From contig JANJGN010000100.1 in assembly GCA_026770705.1 (NCBI GenBank), forward strand, positions 1 through 64,000: a stretch of 64,000 nucleotides of DNA. The letters run 5' to 3'. Both the position numbers and the translations under genes were made by a program. The notes under the pieces are model-generated. The model worked only from the letters and a program-made list of their open reading frames with translations, made no database searches and was not told where the DNA came from. Source of the DNA: Isurus oxyrinchus. Taxonomy: Eukaryota. Each line of letters begins with the position of its first letter. The first letter of the stretch is position 1. Positions 9,905 to 23,935 of the stretch are shown here, one piece after another.

Positions 9905-11160
9905 ATCAATGCCCCAGCTGCCTCTCTTTTCCCGAGGAAGAGAATTCAAAAGTCTACTGAACCTGCTCATATTCATCTCAAATTGCAAACCCCAATTTTA
10001 ACTATGCACCCCCTAGTCCTTGACTCCATTATAAGGGGAAACGTCCTCCCTGGATGCACCCGGCCTAAGCCTCAAAGAATCGTTTATGTTTCAATAAGGT
10101 CACCTTTCATTTTGCTAAACTCTAACGCTTAAAGGCCAAACCTTCTCAAACTTTTCTGATCTGGCAAACACTTCACCTCAGGAATCAGCCTCGTGAACCT
10201 TCTCTCAACTCCTTCCAAAGTAATTATATCACTCCTTAAGTCAGGAGGTCAAAACTGCACACAATGCTCAAAACGCAGTCTCACTAAGGGCCTGTATATT
10301 TGTTGAAACATTGCCTTCATTATACGGCTCACTCCCTATCCAATAAATGTCAACTTTCCATTTAACTGCCCAAATACTTACTGCATCTGCAAACTAGCTT
10401 TTAGTGATTCATGTAACAATAAACCCATATCGTTCTGTAACACAGATTGCTGCAGACTCTCCATTTATATCCTAATCTGCTTTTCCTTTGTTCCTGTCAA
10501 AGTGGTCAATATCACTATTTCCTACATTATTCTCCGCCTGTCACTTTTCTGCCCACTAACTATGCATATCTTTTTACAGGCTTTTGCTGTGCTGCTCACA
10601 ACTTGCTATCCCTGATATTTTTGTGTCGTCAGCAAATTTAGTCACCCTATTGTCAGTCCCTCCCTCCAGGTCATTGATACATATCATAAAGGGTTCATAC
10701 CCCAGCACTGAGACCCGTTGCACTCCTTCAGTTAGTTTGTCATCCCGAAAGTGATCCATTTTGCGGGCTCTCTGCTTACTGTTAGGTAAGCAGTCCTGTA
10801 TCCAGTTTAATGTGTTACCCTCAGTATCTCCTACCTTGCTTAGCAAGACTTTCGGTGGCACCTTTTCGACTGCCTTTTTGGAAACCTAAATACACAGTAT
10901 CTGTTCATTCTCCATTATACACCCTGCTTTTTACCTCTTCAAGGACCTTGAATACTTTGGTCAAGCACCTTTATGGCCCTTTCACAAAACATTTTTGACT
11001 TTGGCTGGTTGTATTATGAGTTTCTGTATGCCCTGATGTTGTCTCCTGAATAATGTCTCAAGCATTTTCCCTGTGACAGATGTTAGACGAACAGAGCTAT
11101 CGTCCTGCTTTCTACTTTTCTGGTTTTCCTACACGCTGGGGCCATTCCAAAATCCATAGA
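9905..11160 (-). mobile_element. CR1-clade LINE ORF2 fragment
   Basis: [33 protein letters not shown] (RT core) on the minus strand. Confidence 0.8.
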
Positions 11161-12564
11161 ATTTTGTTAATTGCTACAATTTCGAGCTGTCTCTGTTTAT
11201 GCTTATAATAAAGATTTTCAGTTTTTCTACTGTGTGTAACGAACCGATGTAATCTAACCCAGTTTTCTATAGCTGTAGCAAACCGTTCCGCAACTCATAC
11301 AGCCCGATAGTGTCCAATTTCATAGTTAATGTGAAACGACTCAGTAAAGCAAAGCCTTGTTTGATCGGAATAAGTATTGATCAAATTCGATTGGGAATCA
11401 GTTCTACAATAATAAATTTTCAAGACGGATTCAGAATCCCGAATTGAACTTGCAGTGTTTTTGGGTAGGGGAACTCCAGCAAATGTCAAGCACATTGCAT
11501 CGAAACTGCAAAGGCTCCTGCACAACTGTCCATAACGTTTTTTCTTGACTCACGAGTTTCAATGGAGAATTGTATAATTGCTTGAACGGGAGAATTGCAG
11601 GGTAATGGGGAAAAAAGGCAAGAATCGGGACTAATTTGACAGCTGTTTCAAAGATCCGGACTCGGTACAATTGCCGAATGGCCTAGCACGTTGTAATGTT
11701 GTAATACAATTTCTTGGACCAAATTCTGCAACTTTCCTAATACCTCGTTCTCGAACATGATTCCTAAAGGGAAAATAAAAAAAGGTTCCGGTGTGCGTCA
11801 AGCCTGCACCATTTAAAATTTTGGCTGTTCCTCCATGTTGTTTGCTGTGGTGTGTTTCTGTAATGGATTGCTTATCGCATATTTTTCACACGTGTAAGGC
11901 TACCTATTTGAAATCGAACAGAAATATTATCTTCCTTTGTATTGCCTTCACACAGAAAGACAAGAATGCTTCTTTCCTGGCCGGAAATGTTATCACACTG
12001 AGTCTTGTGTAATGGTGAAGGAATTTGGACGTCCAAGCTGTTTATAGAAAATTTCAAGGTGTGGTCAATGCTTATAATAACATCCACTCATGAAAGCTAG
12101 AAGCAATTTTCTCTCTGTCTATTAATGAGACGTTAAAAAATCATTTTGGATTGAGGATGTTTTATTCTTTTTACGGACAACAGATTGGACCATGCAATGC
12201 AATCTACCCGAGATTTTAATGTCACATTTTTCCATAACGTGACACTTAAACTTATTAATAGTTTCCTGCCCTAAACAAGCCACCGTGCAAGATTTTAGGA
12301 CACCGTTGTGTTTCCTGAAATTCCAGCTGTCACCTGTAAAGCCATTGAACCGGCAGGTCCACGGGTTTTAACAAGATTGGGATGCTGGTGCGCCATCCTG
12401 TGGCCACAGCAGGTAAATGAATTAAAAACAAAATGCGGAAATGCTCAACAGGACACACATTCGCAATTATCTTGAAACAATAGTCCAGGCAGCGTTTGTG
12501 GGGATACGAACAGTGTTAATATTTTAGGTCGAGGAACTTTCAGGATCAGAGTGCAGCGAGAGTT

Positions 12565-12609
12565 GATGGATGGATGGACAGACAGAAGTCCGATAGATCG
12601 ATCAATGGA

Positions 12610-12645
<36 letters not shown>

Positions 12646-12655
12646 TAGACTGATA
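12565..12655. repeat. (GATG/GATA/GACA)n microsatellite
   Basis: Direct tetranucleotide repeats. Confidence 0.85.
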
Positions 12656-13327
12656 AATTTATTGATGCCATCTATATCTACAAATAATACATGTAATTCC
12701 CCTCGTACGTATCATTATGTTAATTATCTTCTTACTCTGCCAACTGCCCCTGTGATGTGGCTTAATTTTAGATACTAATGCATCATGAAGAGGAATGACA
12801 ACGCTATTTCGCATTTCTTTTAAATTACCTACTAACAAGAATTGGCTGTCCGATGTTGTGCTGTGCTACAGTCTAGAGACAAGTGGTAGAAGAAAGACGT
12901 GAGGAGAATGCACAAGAATTCACTTTTCATCGGACAAAAGAGACAAATAACACATCAATCTGAGAAATGAGTGTGACACCAAGGAAATATAAAGGTAACA
13001 TGTGAAATAAATGGCCAGAGTAATTTAATGAAATGAAATAATATGTCTCATTATTCCAAAGTGAATGCTGATCTATTACCCATTTTCAGGCGTAATGACT
13101 CCTGATCCATCCAGAACCGTGCATTTTGTCAGTGACCTGCCTGAACTTGGAATCTTTCAATGTAAAGTGTGAAGGTAGCTTTACTCCGTCTCTCTTCAGT
13201 TACGTATCTGAACTGGAGGGGTTTGCGGGACACTGTTAAGGGTGATTTTCCTTGGTATGTATCTCATGTTGTTCCAGATTGATAGGCTTGATTGATACAT
13301 CGATCTGATGGAAATCAAACTGAGGAT

Positions 13328-13862
13328 CACACGAACACATGCACACAAAGACACAAAGGTGCACACGAAAGCACAGACACAGTCACACAAACACAGATGC
13401 ACTTATACACACAATCACAGACACACACGTATGCTCACAAATATGCAGGTACACAATAGCACACGTGCACACACACACACGGAAGCACATTCACGGATAA
13501 ACACACACAAACACAAACACACATGCACACACACGGACACCTATGCTTGCATACACAAATGGACACATACGCATAGACACGCACGCACAGAAACAAAGAT
13601 GTATACAGACACACACATATGCACAGATATGTACAAGTAAACACAAACACACACGCACACACACACACACACACACAGAAACACACAACCACACACGAAT
13701 ACATACAAACACACGAACACACACATATACATACACAAATGGACACATACATACATATGTAGAAACACACACTCACACAAATACACGCATACATAGATGC
13801 ACAAATACGCAGACCAACACAATCACACACACCCACAGTAACACACACACAAAACACACATA
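13328..13862. repeat. Degenerate (CA)n microsatellite
   Basis: CA-rich tract that generates the spurious H/T- and C/V-rich ORFs. Confidence 0.95.
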
Positions 13863-14189
13863 ACCATGTTTGACCCAAAATGCTGACTAACCTTCAATAA
13901 CAAAATATTAATCACCCTTAATTTACAGACTTAATCATTTTTGGTTCCATTATTTGATAATTAGTAATATCGCAACAATTTATTCTGATGAAACCAACAG
14001 CCGAGCCTCATCATTGTGAAATTATTTAAGTGAAGTCCATCTGTTTCACTGAAAAGGTTGTGACTTGGGCATTCAAAAAAAAACAGAGCCAATTAATCTC
14101 AAAATCAATATTACATAGAAACCGTAGCCAAAGGGCATCAATTGCAGCAATAATAAGATCAAAACAATAACACCATAATCAGTTTTATT

Positions 14190-15372
14190 GTTGATTTATG
14201 GGATGTGGGCTTCGCTGGCTGGGCCAGCATTTAGTGCCCATCCCTAATTGGCCTTGAGAGGGTGGTGGTGAGTAGCCTTCTTGAACTGCTGCACTTCCTG
14301 TGATGTGGCAACTGTGTGGCTACGGAGGGAGTTCCAGGAATTTGACCCAATGACAGTGAAGGAACAGTGATATATTTCCAAGTTAGGATGGTAAGTAGAT
14401 TGGAGGGGATCTCTCCGGCCGTGGCACCCCCATCTATCGTTTGTGGGTGAGTTGCCAATCATACTAGTTGCTTTTTCCTGCATATTGTTTATCTTCCTGG
14501 GCCTTGTTGGAGCTACACATTCATCCAGGCAAGGGGAGAGTACACCGTCACATTCCTGACTTGGGCCTTGTAGATGGTAGGCAAGTTTTAGGGAGTCAGG
14601 AAGTGAGTTACTTGCCGTAGGATTCCTAGTGCCTGACGTGCCCTTGTAGCCACAGCATTTATATGTCTACTCTGGTTCAGTTTCTGGCCAACGGTAACCC
14701 CCAAGATATAGACGGTGGGAGGTGGGGTGGGGTGGAGTGGGTGGATTGTCAAGGAGCGATAGTTAGATTTTTTCTTGTTGGAGATGGTACTTCCGTGGTG
14801 TGAATGTTTCTTACCACTTGTCAGCCCAAGCCTGGATATTGTCCAGGCCCTGCTGCATTTGGATATGGACTGCTTTAATATCTGAGGAGTCGTCAATGAT
14901 GCTGGGCGTTGTGCAATCATCAGCAAACATCTCCACTTCTGACCTTATGATGGAAGGAAGGTCATTGATGGAGGAGCTGAAGATGATTGGGCCTAAGGCA
15001 GGTTCCTGACGAGCTCCTGCAGTGATATCCTGGAACTGAGATGATTGATGTCAAACAACCACAACCTTCTTCCTTTGTGCTCGTTATGACTGCAACCAGT
15101 GAAGTGTTTTTCCCCCGATCCCATTGATTCAAGCTTTGCTTGGGCTGCTTGATGCAACACTCAGTCAAATGCGGCCTTAACCTCATGGGCAGTCAATCTC
15201 ACATCAACTCGGGAGTTCAGCTGTACTGGCCATATTTGAACTAAGGCTGTAATGAGATCATGAGCTGAACGACACTGGCGGAACTGAAACTGAGCCCCAG
15301 GGAGCAGGTTATTGATAAATAAATGCCTTTTGTTTGCACTGTTGATGACCCCTTCCAACACTTTACTGATGA
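14190..15372 (-). mobile_element. CR1-clade LINE fragment (second family)
   Basis: QFQFRQCRSAHDLITALVQIW..VKAAFD and the INDLPSIIRSEVEMFADDC region; 3' tail shared with 19320, 25830 and 27335. Confidence 0.8.
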
Positions 15373-16454
15373 TAACCCAGGCATATTCGTCAATATTTTA
15401 ATTTACAGTCGCAGTTTCCATTTGAGATCTCCCATGAAATAATTCCATTTGAGGTCCCCCATCTTTGCTTAAACTTACAGAGCTGCCAATTGACCGGTGC
15501 CACTGGTGAGAGCTGCAGCTTTCAGGAAATATCTTTCTGTCATGAAGCTACGCCGCATAGAATGGTATATGAAGAACAAGGACTATATACAAATTGAGGC
15601 GCTAAGACACAGGATACAAACAAAGTAAACTGGCAGAGTCATTGCATTTCATGGTCCAATGAGTGGTAACATTGAATGAGGATTGAGGAATGAGGATTTT
15701 GATGAGAATTGAAGTCAGTTTCAATCGAACTGCTCTTTACAATAAACGGCAGGTACGGGCAGGGCTTTGACGTCACACAGACGTGCCTGTCGCTGATTGA
15801 CCCTGCATTGATGATGTCACACCACTGTGCTTGGTTGTTACCCGCATTGATTCAGGAGCAGGGATCATGGCCGGTTCCAACCTCTGTCCAGTGGTGAAGT
15901 TTGTTCCGCCTGTGACTCCTGACTCAGGGTTATGACCCCGAGGGAGAGAGCCCTTGGCATCTCAATGGTAGTGAGTCTGTCCAACGCTATAAAGGGCAGG
16001 GAAACTGGAAAGAACTGAGGCAGTGGTTAAGCACGAAAGCTGATTAGGGAGGAAGCTCGTCCTCAACAGTAACGTGGTAGGGAGCGGTAGTGGTGGGGAG
16101 ATTAGGACAGAGAAAGAGTTAAGACACCAACATGAATTGCTGCATATAAGTCTGAGGATTTCAGAAGGGTTGTTAATTATTCCCTCCCTTTACGTTATGA
16201 TATTCAATAACAAATGACCTTGAGCCTTTACTCTAGTTTGCTTCGTGGGAAAGTGACTGCGCACCAGAGATATAATTTTGGAAGATCCTGGAATGTGAAC
16301 AGAAATATGTTGCTATTCCCATAACCTGGAGACTCTGAAGGGATCTCTGACGTGACGATGAAGGGGATGGAGAGAAATCCCTGGGATGATAATCAGTCAG
16401 TAGAGGAAGAGATTGTCAGAGGGCATGAAGCAGAGAGAGAGAGAGGATCCACAG

Positions 16455-17105
16455 GAACATAAGAGGGGGAGTGAGCCATTGCTCATGTCCAGCCTGCCCC
16501 GCCATGCAATACTATCGTGTCTGGTCATCTACTTCAATACCTTTCCCCACATTATTCCCAAATCCCTTTTATGTCATTGGTATTTAGAGATATGTCGACC
16601 TCTACTTTAAACATACTCAATGGCTAAGCTTCTACAGCCCTCTGGGTTAGAGAATCCCAAAGATTCACAAACCTCTGGAAAAAAAAAGCAACCCTCATCT
16701 GTCCTAAGTGGATTCTACCTTATTTTGAACTTGTGTTCCTGGTTCTAGACTCCCCAGCGTGGACCAACATCTGACCTGCATCTACCCTGCCTTTCCCTTT
16801 TAGTATTTTAGTATTGTCATTGTACAATAATAAAGGCTCACCCTTTTAGGACGGGGGCTAAAACGAAATTCTGCTCTCAGATGGTCGTCAGTCTTTGGAA
16901 TTATTTTCCCCAGGGAGAGGTGGGGGTTGGGTAATTGAATATGTTCAAGGCCGAATGAGACAGAATTTTGATCTACAAGGGAGCCACAGGTTATGACGGC
17001 AGGCGGGAAAGTAGAGTTAATGTCACAATCAGTTCAGCCATGATCTTGTTAAATGGCCGAGTAGGCTCGAGAGCAAATGGCCCACTCCTGCTCCCATTTC
17101 TTTCG
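16455..17105. mobile_element. Two CR1 3'-end fragments in opposite orientation
   Basis: 16455-16810 (-) and 16830-17105 (+) resemble the CR1 tails at 54814 and 48850-49085. Confidence 0.6.
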
Positions 17106-19319
17106 ATCGTGTTGCCTAAATTCAAATCTTTGCTTCCCCTGTCTATCGTTAGGGCCTTTTAAATATCTGCCTAAAATTTCAAGCTGTGCTTCTATCCAAT
17201 CCAAGTGGACGTTCAGATTCTCATCGTCCGGCCAAGATAATTAAAACCATTTCCAAAAACACCAGCAAACAATCATGCCAGGATATTTATTTTGGAGCCT
17301 TTGAGTTGCAGCCCATCGGCATTTGAAGGTCTTTCTTTCTCCCAAATCATCCCAATGCCCCAGGAATCTGAAGTGGGAGATTGTGGCATTAATGGAAATA
17401 ATGGTAATTCCATTAATGGAATGAATTAGTTGATGAATTGCAGTTAAACCCCGTAACCTACACTCAAATACTTTCTGGGACTTATACCAGGCAAATTTAC
17501 ACTGAAAGATGTGGTATTTGATTTTTAGCAGTTAGGATTATTGATTATCTAAGTAAAGAATTTTACAATTATCGATTAATTTTCCACAACAGCAAAGCAT
17601 GAGCTTCCCTAGGGTCCTCAGTTTGAATTCCATCTGACTCAGAACAGAAACGGGGAAAGTCTTGGAAGTGAATGCATTGGGAACTTGTTTCATTACAATG
17701 TAGTCTCACAGTGTTGTGTTGCTAAGGAAAATAAATTCCAGAACAATACAGTTATGTTCGTGCAATGTTCGAGTTATATCACTCATAGCCACATGGGGTC
17801 GCTATTTCACTAGAACACGCTGGCGCAATCTCTTCAAGTGGAATTATCTGCTATCATATGTTTCAGCCCCATTTCCCATATTATGTAATGTAAATTATGC
17901 TCATTTGACAGATAGTCAATAAGCAGGCTCCTCATCGCCATCTATACAAGTGTCTCATCATTGCCAACACACGACAATCTGAATTGGCACCAGGCCTGCC
18001 GTGGTCCTCAGCTATTTGTCTTCCGGCTCCAGATTCCATAAACCCCGTTGTTTCGTTTTCAACGAGAAAAGGGAAACTTCCACCTGAGCACAATCTACGC
18101 CCATTGCATCATCGAATATGTGTTCTAACACGTGGAACAGCCTTTAGTGGAAAGGCTGATAGGATCAAGTGCTATTCTGTATTGCCACCACATCTGAGCC
18201 AGCATTCTGAACCAGGCTTTATAATGTTAGACCGGGCCTGCCTCAGCTGATGGGCTAACCCGACGAAATGACTGGATTGAAATGTTTTGTCATAAACCTA
18301 TCCTTTTCAGCCACACATCATCCTACATTGGCATTTTGCAACTGTGGCCAGTGAATGGTTCTGATGATGAAATGATTGCTTTTCCATTTTCGACGTCTCC
18401 TTACAACCTGCAGTTTTCACCTTCGCCATGTTATGTGCGGGAGTTCTGACGGTCCAGACTGTGCATCATCAGGTGCTGTGTGCATTCATTTGCAGCACGA
18501 TTAATTAGATCCACAATCTGTACACAAATGGGTGACATACCCCATATTCTTCAGTCCATGGTTGAATAGTGCATGTAGAAGGCAATATGTATAAAGGCCT
18601 GATGTACATGAAACTTCACCATGTTACTGCAAGTGTAAGCTGAAAATAAAAATGTTTTACGTAATAAACAGAACAAATCAGTTCAGAATAATTCCCTGCC
18701 ACAAACAGTCAACTTTGGTGCTGGCCAATTAGTTAACTTTTAGGGAGAACAATCTATCAGAATTCTCAACGGCAACAAAGGGCTGAAATCTCAGTGGAAG
18801 AGGCAGGTTAAATTGTTCTCAAACTAATTTCAACAGAAGTGTTAACCAAAGGCCAGAGATAGCAATAGATGCAGGAAAGGGCGATAAGAGAAAGGGCGAG
18901 CAACTGCTTAAAGAATCCTGCAGGGGCATTGTGATGGGTGATAAGGGTAATCATTGATAGGAGGCCATGCTGACTGATTTCAGCCAGACCGATTGGTGGG
19001 TCGACAGAGAGCCTAAGAGTGCGAGTCTGTTGATGTGTGGTCAAACATGTTAACTGATTGTGAAAGGAAGTTCTGACTGAGATATGACAAAGAGATCTAA
19101 CTCTCATCAATGGAATAGAAAAGTAAAATGGTTAGAAATAGAAAAAAAAGGTAATTTGTTCAATTGAAGTGGGAAAGAGAGAAAAGTGACTTATATTCAT
19201 CAAGGGATCATGGAAAGAGAGGGAAAGGGAATTGAATTGAAGACTGGCAGAGAGGGGAAGGGAAGGAGGAATAACCGTCTTGAATTGAAGAGTGAAAGGC
19301 AGGAAAAGGAAGGCTTTTT

Positions 19320-20260
19320 GTTATTCATTCATGAGGTATGGGCCTCTCTGGTTAGGCCAGAATTTATTGCCTATTGCTGATTGCCCTTGCCAATGTGCTG
19401 GTGAGCTGCCTTCATGAATTGTTGCAGTCCATGGGATGTAGGTACACCTAGAGAACTGTGAGGGAGGGAATTCCAGGATTTTGACCCAGCCACACGAAGG
19501 AGCAGCAATATACTTCCAAGTCAGGATGATGAGTTGCTTGAAGGGCAACTCCCAGTTGCTGGTGTCCCAATGTGTCCGCTGTCCTTGTTTTATAGATGGT
19601 AGCGGTCGTGGGTTTGGAAGGTTTTGTCTCAGGAGCCTTGGTGAATTCCTGCAGAGCATCTTGTAGCTGGTACACTTTGCTGCCACATGGCGTTGGTGGT
19701 GGAGAGAGTAAATGTTTGTGGATGTAGTGAAAATCAAGCGGCATTTTTGACGTAGACAGTGTCAAGCCTCGTGAGTATTGTTGGAGCTGCACTCATCCAG
19801 CAAGTGGGGAGACTCCTAACCTGTACCTTGTAGGTGGTGAACAGGCTTTGGGGAGTCAGAAGGTGAGTTACTCACCGCAGGATTCATACCCTCTGACTTG
19901 CTCTTGTAGTCACACATTGTATATGGCTCGCCCAATTCAGTTTCTTGTTAAAGGTAACCCCAAGGTATTTGACATTGGGGATTTCAGCGATGGCAATGCA
20001 TTGAACGTCAAAGGGCAATGGTTAGATACTCAGTTGTTGGAGATGGTTATTGCCTCTCACTTGTGTGGTGGGGATGTTAATTGCCAACTGTCAGCCCAAG
20101 TCTGGATATTGTCCAGGTCTTGCTGCATTTGGTCATGGACTGCTTCAGTACCTGAGGAGTGGCGAATGGTGCTGAACATTGTGCAATCAGCGAATATCTC
20201 CACTTCTGACCTGAGGATGAAAGGAAGGTCATTGATGTACCAACAGAAGACGGTTGAATA
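19320..20260 (-). mobile_element. CR1-clade LINE fragment (second family)
   Basis: Colinear with 14190-14990 (e.g. LIILTWKYIAAPS-encoding 3' region). Confidence 0.8.
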
Positions 20261-20899
20261 GAAGAGGGAACAAAAAACAGATAATTAATTGGTAGGCCCA
20301 GTAATATTTTAAATCTGGAGAACACAGGGTTTAAAAAATCATTTATATGCTACAAACAGTAAATCAATGCGTAAATAGAGTTTTTGCTATCTCTTGTAAA
20401 ATTAAAAATGGGCCATTCACAGAAATATGCTTACAGTTTAAGTAGAAATGTTGGAAATGGTATGTTTTTGCAGAAAAAAGGTTTTTCTGTTTTGTCGAAC
20501 TGCGTGCTTTGCAGAAGATTCTTTGCTCTTATCACCGTGTAGAATCCTGCATTTTTTTCATCTTTACTAATGGGAAAGAAAAACTTTGAATCAACAAATA
20601 CTGAAGCAATCTGTGTTCCTCGTTGTAATATTTGCATTCGTTGATCATTATGAATCTGTTTTGGTTGGTGGGGAATTTCTGGTTACTCTTTTGTCACTAA
20701 GCTCTCTGTTGTGGCCCTATTTCTGTGCTAATTTACATAAATATCCGGCTTGTTTTGCTGCGAGTTTACTGCCATCTGCTTATTTGTGTTGCCTCATATA
20801 TATCCATTTTAGGAAAATCGCAGCTGCTCGCCATGAACACAAACAGATTCCAGCGTAATTATTGTTATAAGTGCCGGCCGGTGAATTGATTCAAGAAAG

Positions 20900-23800
20900 G
20901 GACTAGTGCCATTGAGTTGAGGTATTATTTCTTTTCAAATAATAGGTGAGCTACAGGATGAGAGGAAAAACATGGTGCACATAACACCAGGAGAGGCAAA
21001 TAGCAGCAGAGTTAAGAATAGTTGAGAAACAGGAGGAAACAGACTGGAGGCAAATTCCGAGATACTTTGAAATGTTTGGCAGAGCACGTGTGCAAGTGCA
21101 CGTAGTGATGAATGGAGTTTGACTGCAGACAAAATCGCTATGTGGGGTTCTGCTATGGTGGAAGGAACAGGGAACTGATTCAATACCGGCTTGGATTAAA
21201 AACTGAATTGTTATTTCCATTATGTATCAGCAATGATGGGGAATGGAATAAAGAAGCAATGTTGGTCAAATAAAATGTTAAAGCGCTGGGGGGGCGGGGA
21301 GAGGTGGTGGAGGGTTGTGGGGGGGTGGTGGTGGACGGGGACGGTGGGGAATGATATCATTGCGTGCTCAAAGATGGATTCCATTTGGTTAACGTTAAGG
21401 AGCAAAAGAGGAACAGCTATGCTAGGATGTATACTTCAGACCACCAAATTGTTGCAAGGAGATACAAGAACATAAACAGAAAATGCTGGAAAAACTCAGC
21501 AGCACTGAAGAAGAGCCATACGGACTCGAAACGTTAACTCCTTCTCTCTCTCCACAGATTTTGCTAGACCTGCAGAGTTTTTCCAGTATTTACTGCTTTT
21601 GTTTCAGATTTCCAGCATCCGCAGCATTTATGTGTATCTTAGATAAAGGAGGATATCTGTATGTTATTACTTTAAAAAAAGAAGAAAAAAGTACAGAGTG
21701 TTGATAATGGGAACCTTCAATTATCCTAATTTAGACTGGGATATGATCTACACTACCGGCCAAGAGAAGGGGTAATATTTTGAATTGAATGCAAGCACGA
21801 CTTTACAGAATCAGACTTTTAACGGCACAGAAGGAGGCCATTCGGCCCATTGTTTCCGTGCTGGCTTTCCAAGTGAGCATTATGACCTAGTGTCATTGCC
21901 CTGCCATCCCCGTACTCCTTCACATTGTTTCTATTCAAATAATCATCTAATATTCTCTTGAATACGTCTATTGAACCTGCCTTCACCAGACTTCCTGGCG
22001 GCACATTTCACATAATCAGTGTTTTTGTTCCCTCGCTCATTCAGTATGAAAACCGTGCTGGATCTGTGTCTGGGAATGAAGTGAGGCAACTGGAGCATAT
22101 TTCAGTGGGTAAAGCTTTGTGACCAAAATGTCAAGTTTAGAGAGGTTATGGAAAGGGGACAAACTCAATAAAGCACAAAACAAACATAAACATTAGTGAG
22201 TTCAATGGGGATTTGATCCTGGCGCGTTGGAGTGAAAACAAAAACTGGCAGCAAAAGGGTAATTGTGGAATTGGAGGACTTCAAAGCGAAGATGATTCTG
22301 GGAAATTGGAGGCACATTTTTACGAGGTGGAAAACAAGGGAATTCAAAGGCAGAGTTTCGTAAATAAGTAGATATATAGAAGTTAAAATGAAATGAGGAA
22401 AAGGCAGTTTTTGACAATTTTCTTTTCATATCACAATAGAAAACCAAGCTGAATCAAAAAGAATGTCGGGGTAATCTGAAAACATGAATTTCAGGGCAGT
22501 GTGGCGGGGGTGAGAGGGAGTTGGTGGGGATGGAAGGTGGGATTGGAGTTGCGGATAGTTTAGAGCAGTGAAAATATATCATTAAAATAGATTTGCTGCT
22601 GACATAACAATGAAGCAAACCCCTTCTGTCAGCAGCAGGGCATCAAAGGATGTTTGGGCCCATTATGTCAAGATTCAGACCTTCTTGTAGAGGCAGAAAA
22701 CAAAGCTCAAGCACTAAATGTCTACTTTGCATCCTTATTTGAGTAGCAAATGTTGCCAATGCAGACATAAAGATGGAAGCAACATTTCATTGGATAAAAA
22801 TAGAGAAAGCGAAGGTATTTCAAGATTGTCCATCGCCAACCCTGGAAAGCCACCAACCTAAATCAGTGGCACCTTGAGTTAGCTAGGATGTAGGGGAGGA
22901 CACTGTGGAGTTTCTGACCTGAAGCTGACAATCCTCCTTGTCTACGGGGATGGTGCCGCATGGCTTCAGGACTGCAAGTGTTACACCCCTGTTTATATAT
23001 AGGGGAGAGGGGTGAACAAAGTAATTGCAGACTAAAGATCCTAATGTTGGTGTAGAAAATGTTTAAAGGCAATAGTCCGGGACAAAAATAATTTATATTT
23101 GAAACAAAAGTCTGGGCTAATAAATGGAATTCTGTCTAACTGACTCGAATGCTGTGCTTTTGGTGAAGGCGTAATAAGCTTTGATAAGGACAATCTGGTT
23201 CATGTTGTCTGTATGAACTTGCAAACGTTGTTTACAAGTGAAACATTATCAAAATAAAAACTTATGATGTTAAAGAAACATGGAAACAGAACTTTCCAAA
23301 CGGTTGGGTAACAGGGTACTGGTGAGCAGTTATTTTTTTTCAGACTAGAGAGCAGTATAAACGGCTGATCTGTAGTGGTCTGTATCAGGTCCACTGCTAT
23401 TTTGATGCCTATTAACAGGCTGGACTTAGGCATTCAGGGAATAACTTGAAAGTTAGCAAATCATACTGACTCAAAAATGTGGTAAAGCATGAGGATTGTA
23501 AGAGTCTTCATGCGGATTTTGACTTGTCAGGTGAGCAAACATGTAACATGTAACAATTAATATAGTTAAGCGTATATAGTGGCACATTTTGGTTGGTCGA
23601 ATGAAGATAGGCAAAATTAATTAAATAGGATAAATTTAAGGAGTTCAAAAAACAGAGATGGTGTACAGACACAGATCGTTTAACGGGACTGGGCAATTGG
23701 AAAGACATGAATAGCTTATGGGATCTTTTATTTTATTTAATAAGGGATTACAAAGCAGAAGCAAGGAAGTTATGAAAAATGTTCAGAAACAATTGCGTAG

Positions 23801-23935
23801 GCCTTAGCTGTCATATTGCGTCCAATTCTGGACACCATACTTCAGGGCAAATGACAAGAACTTCGAGATGGTGCTGATGAAACTTATTAGAATTATTTAG
23901 GGTGAAGGAATTTCGTTCAGATGAAACGTTAGTAC
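20900..23935 (+). mobile_element. Old CR1 ORF2 remnant with nested PLE mini-hairpin (about 21470-21630) and CR1 tail (about 21805-22012, -)
   Basis: Degenerate endonuclease and RT region similar to 52600-53600 and 55193-56780; ends at the minisatellite. Confidence 0.6.

Noticed and set aside
11455-11495. J-like FLGRGTPANVK
   Set aside because: Not FGxG, with no upstream RSS and no splice donor.
13115-13205. Minus-strand KATFTLYIERFQ, V-domain E-strand-like
   Set aside because: No flanking Cys/Trp; followed by a stop.
13196-13878. Long H/T-rich and C/V-rich ORFs
   Set aside because: Translations of a degenerate (CA)n microsatellite.
17707-17735. CACAGTG heptamer (others near 806 and 60133)
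   Set aside because: No nonamer at 12 or 23 spacing and no V/J coding flank.
18127-18445. V-like fragments (HVEQPLVERLIGSSAILYC ... YNLQFS..AMLCA)
   Set aside because: No WY/WF core, Cys spacing too long, several frame changes and no RSS; cannot be distinguished from chance.
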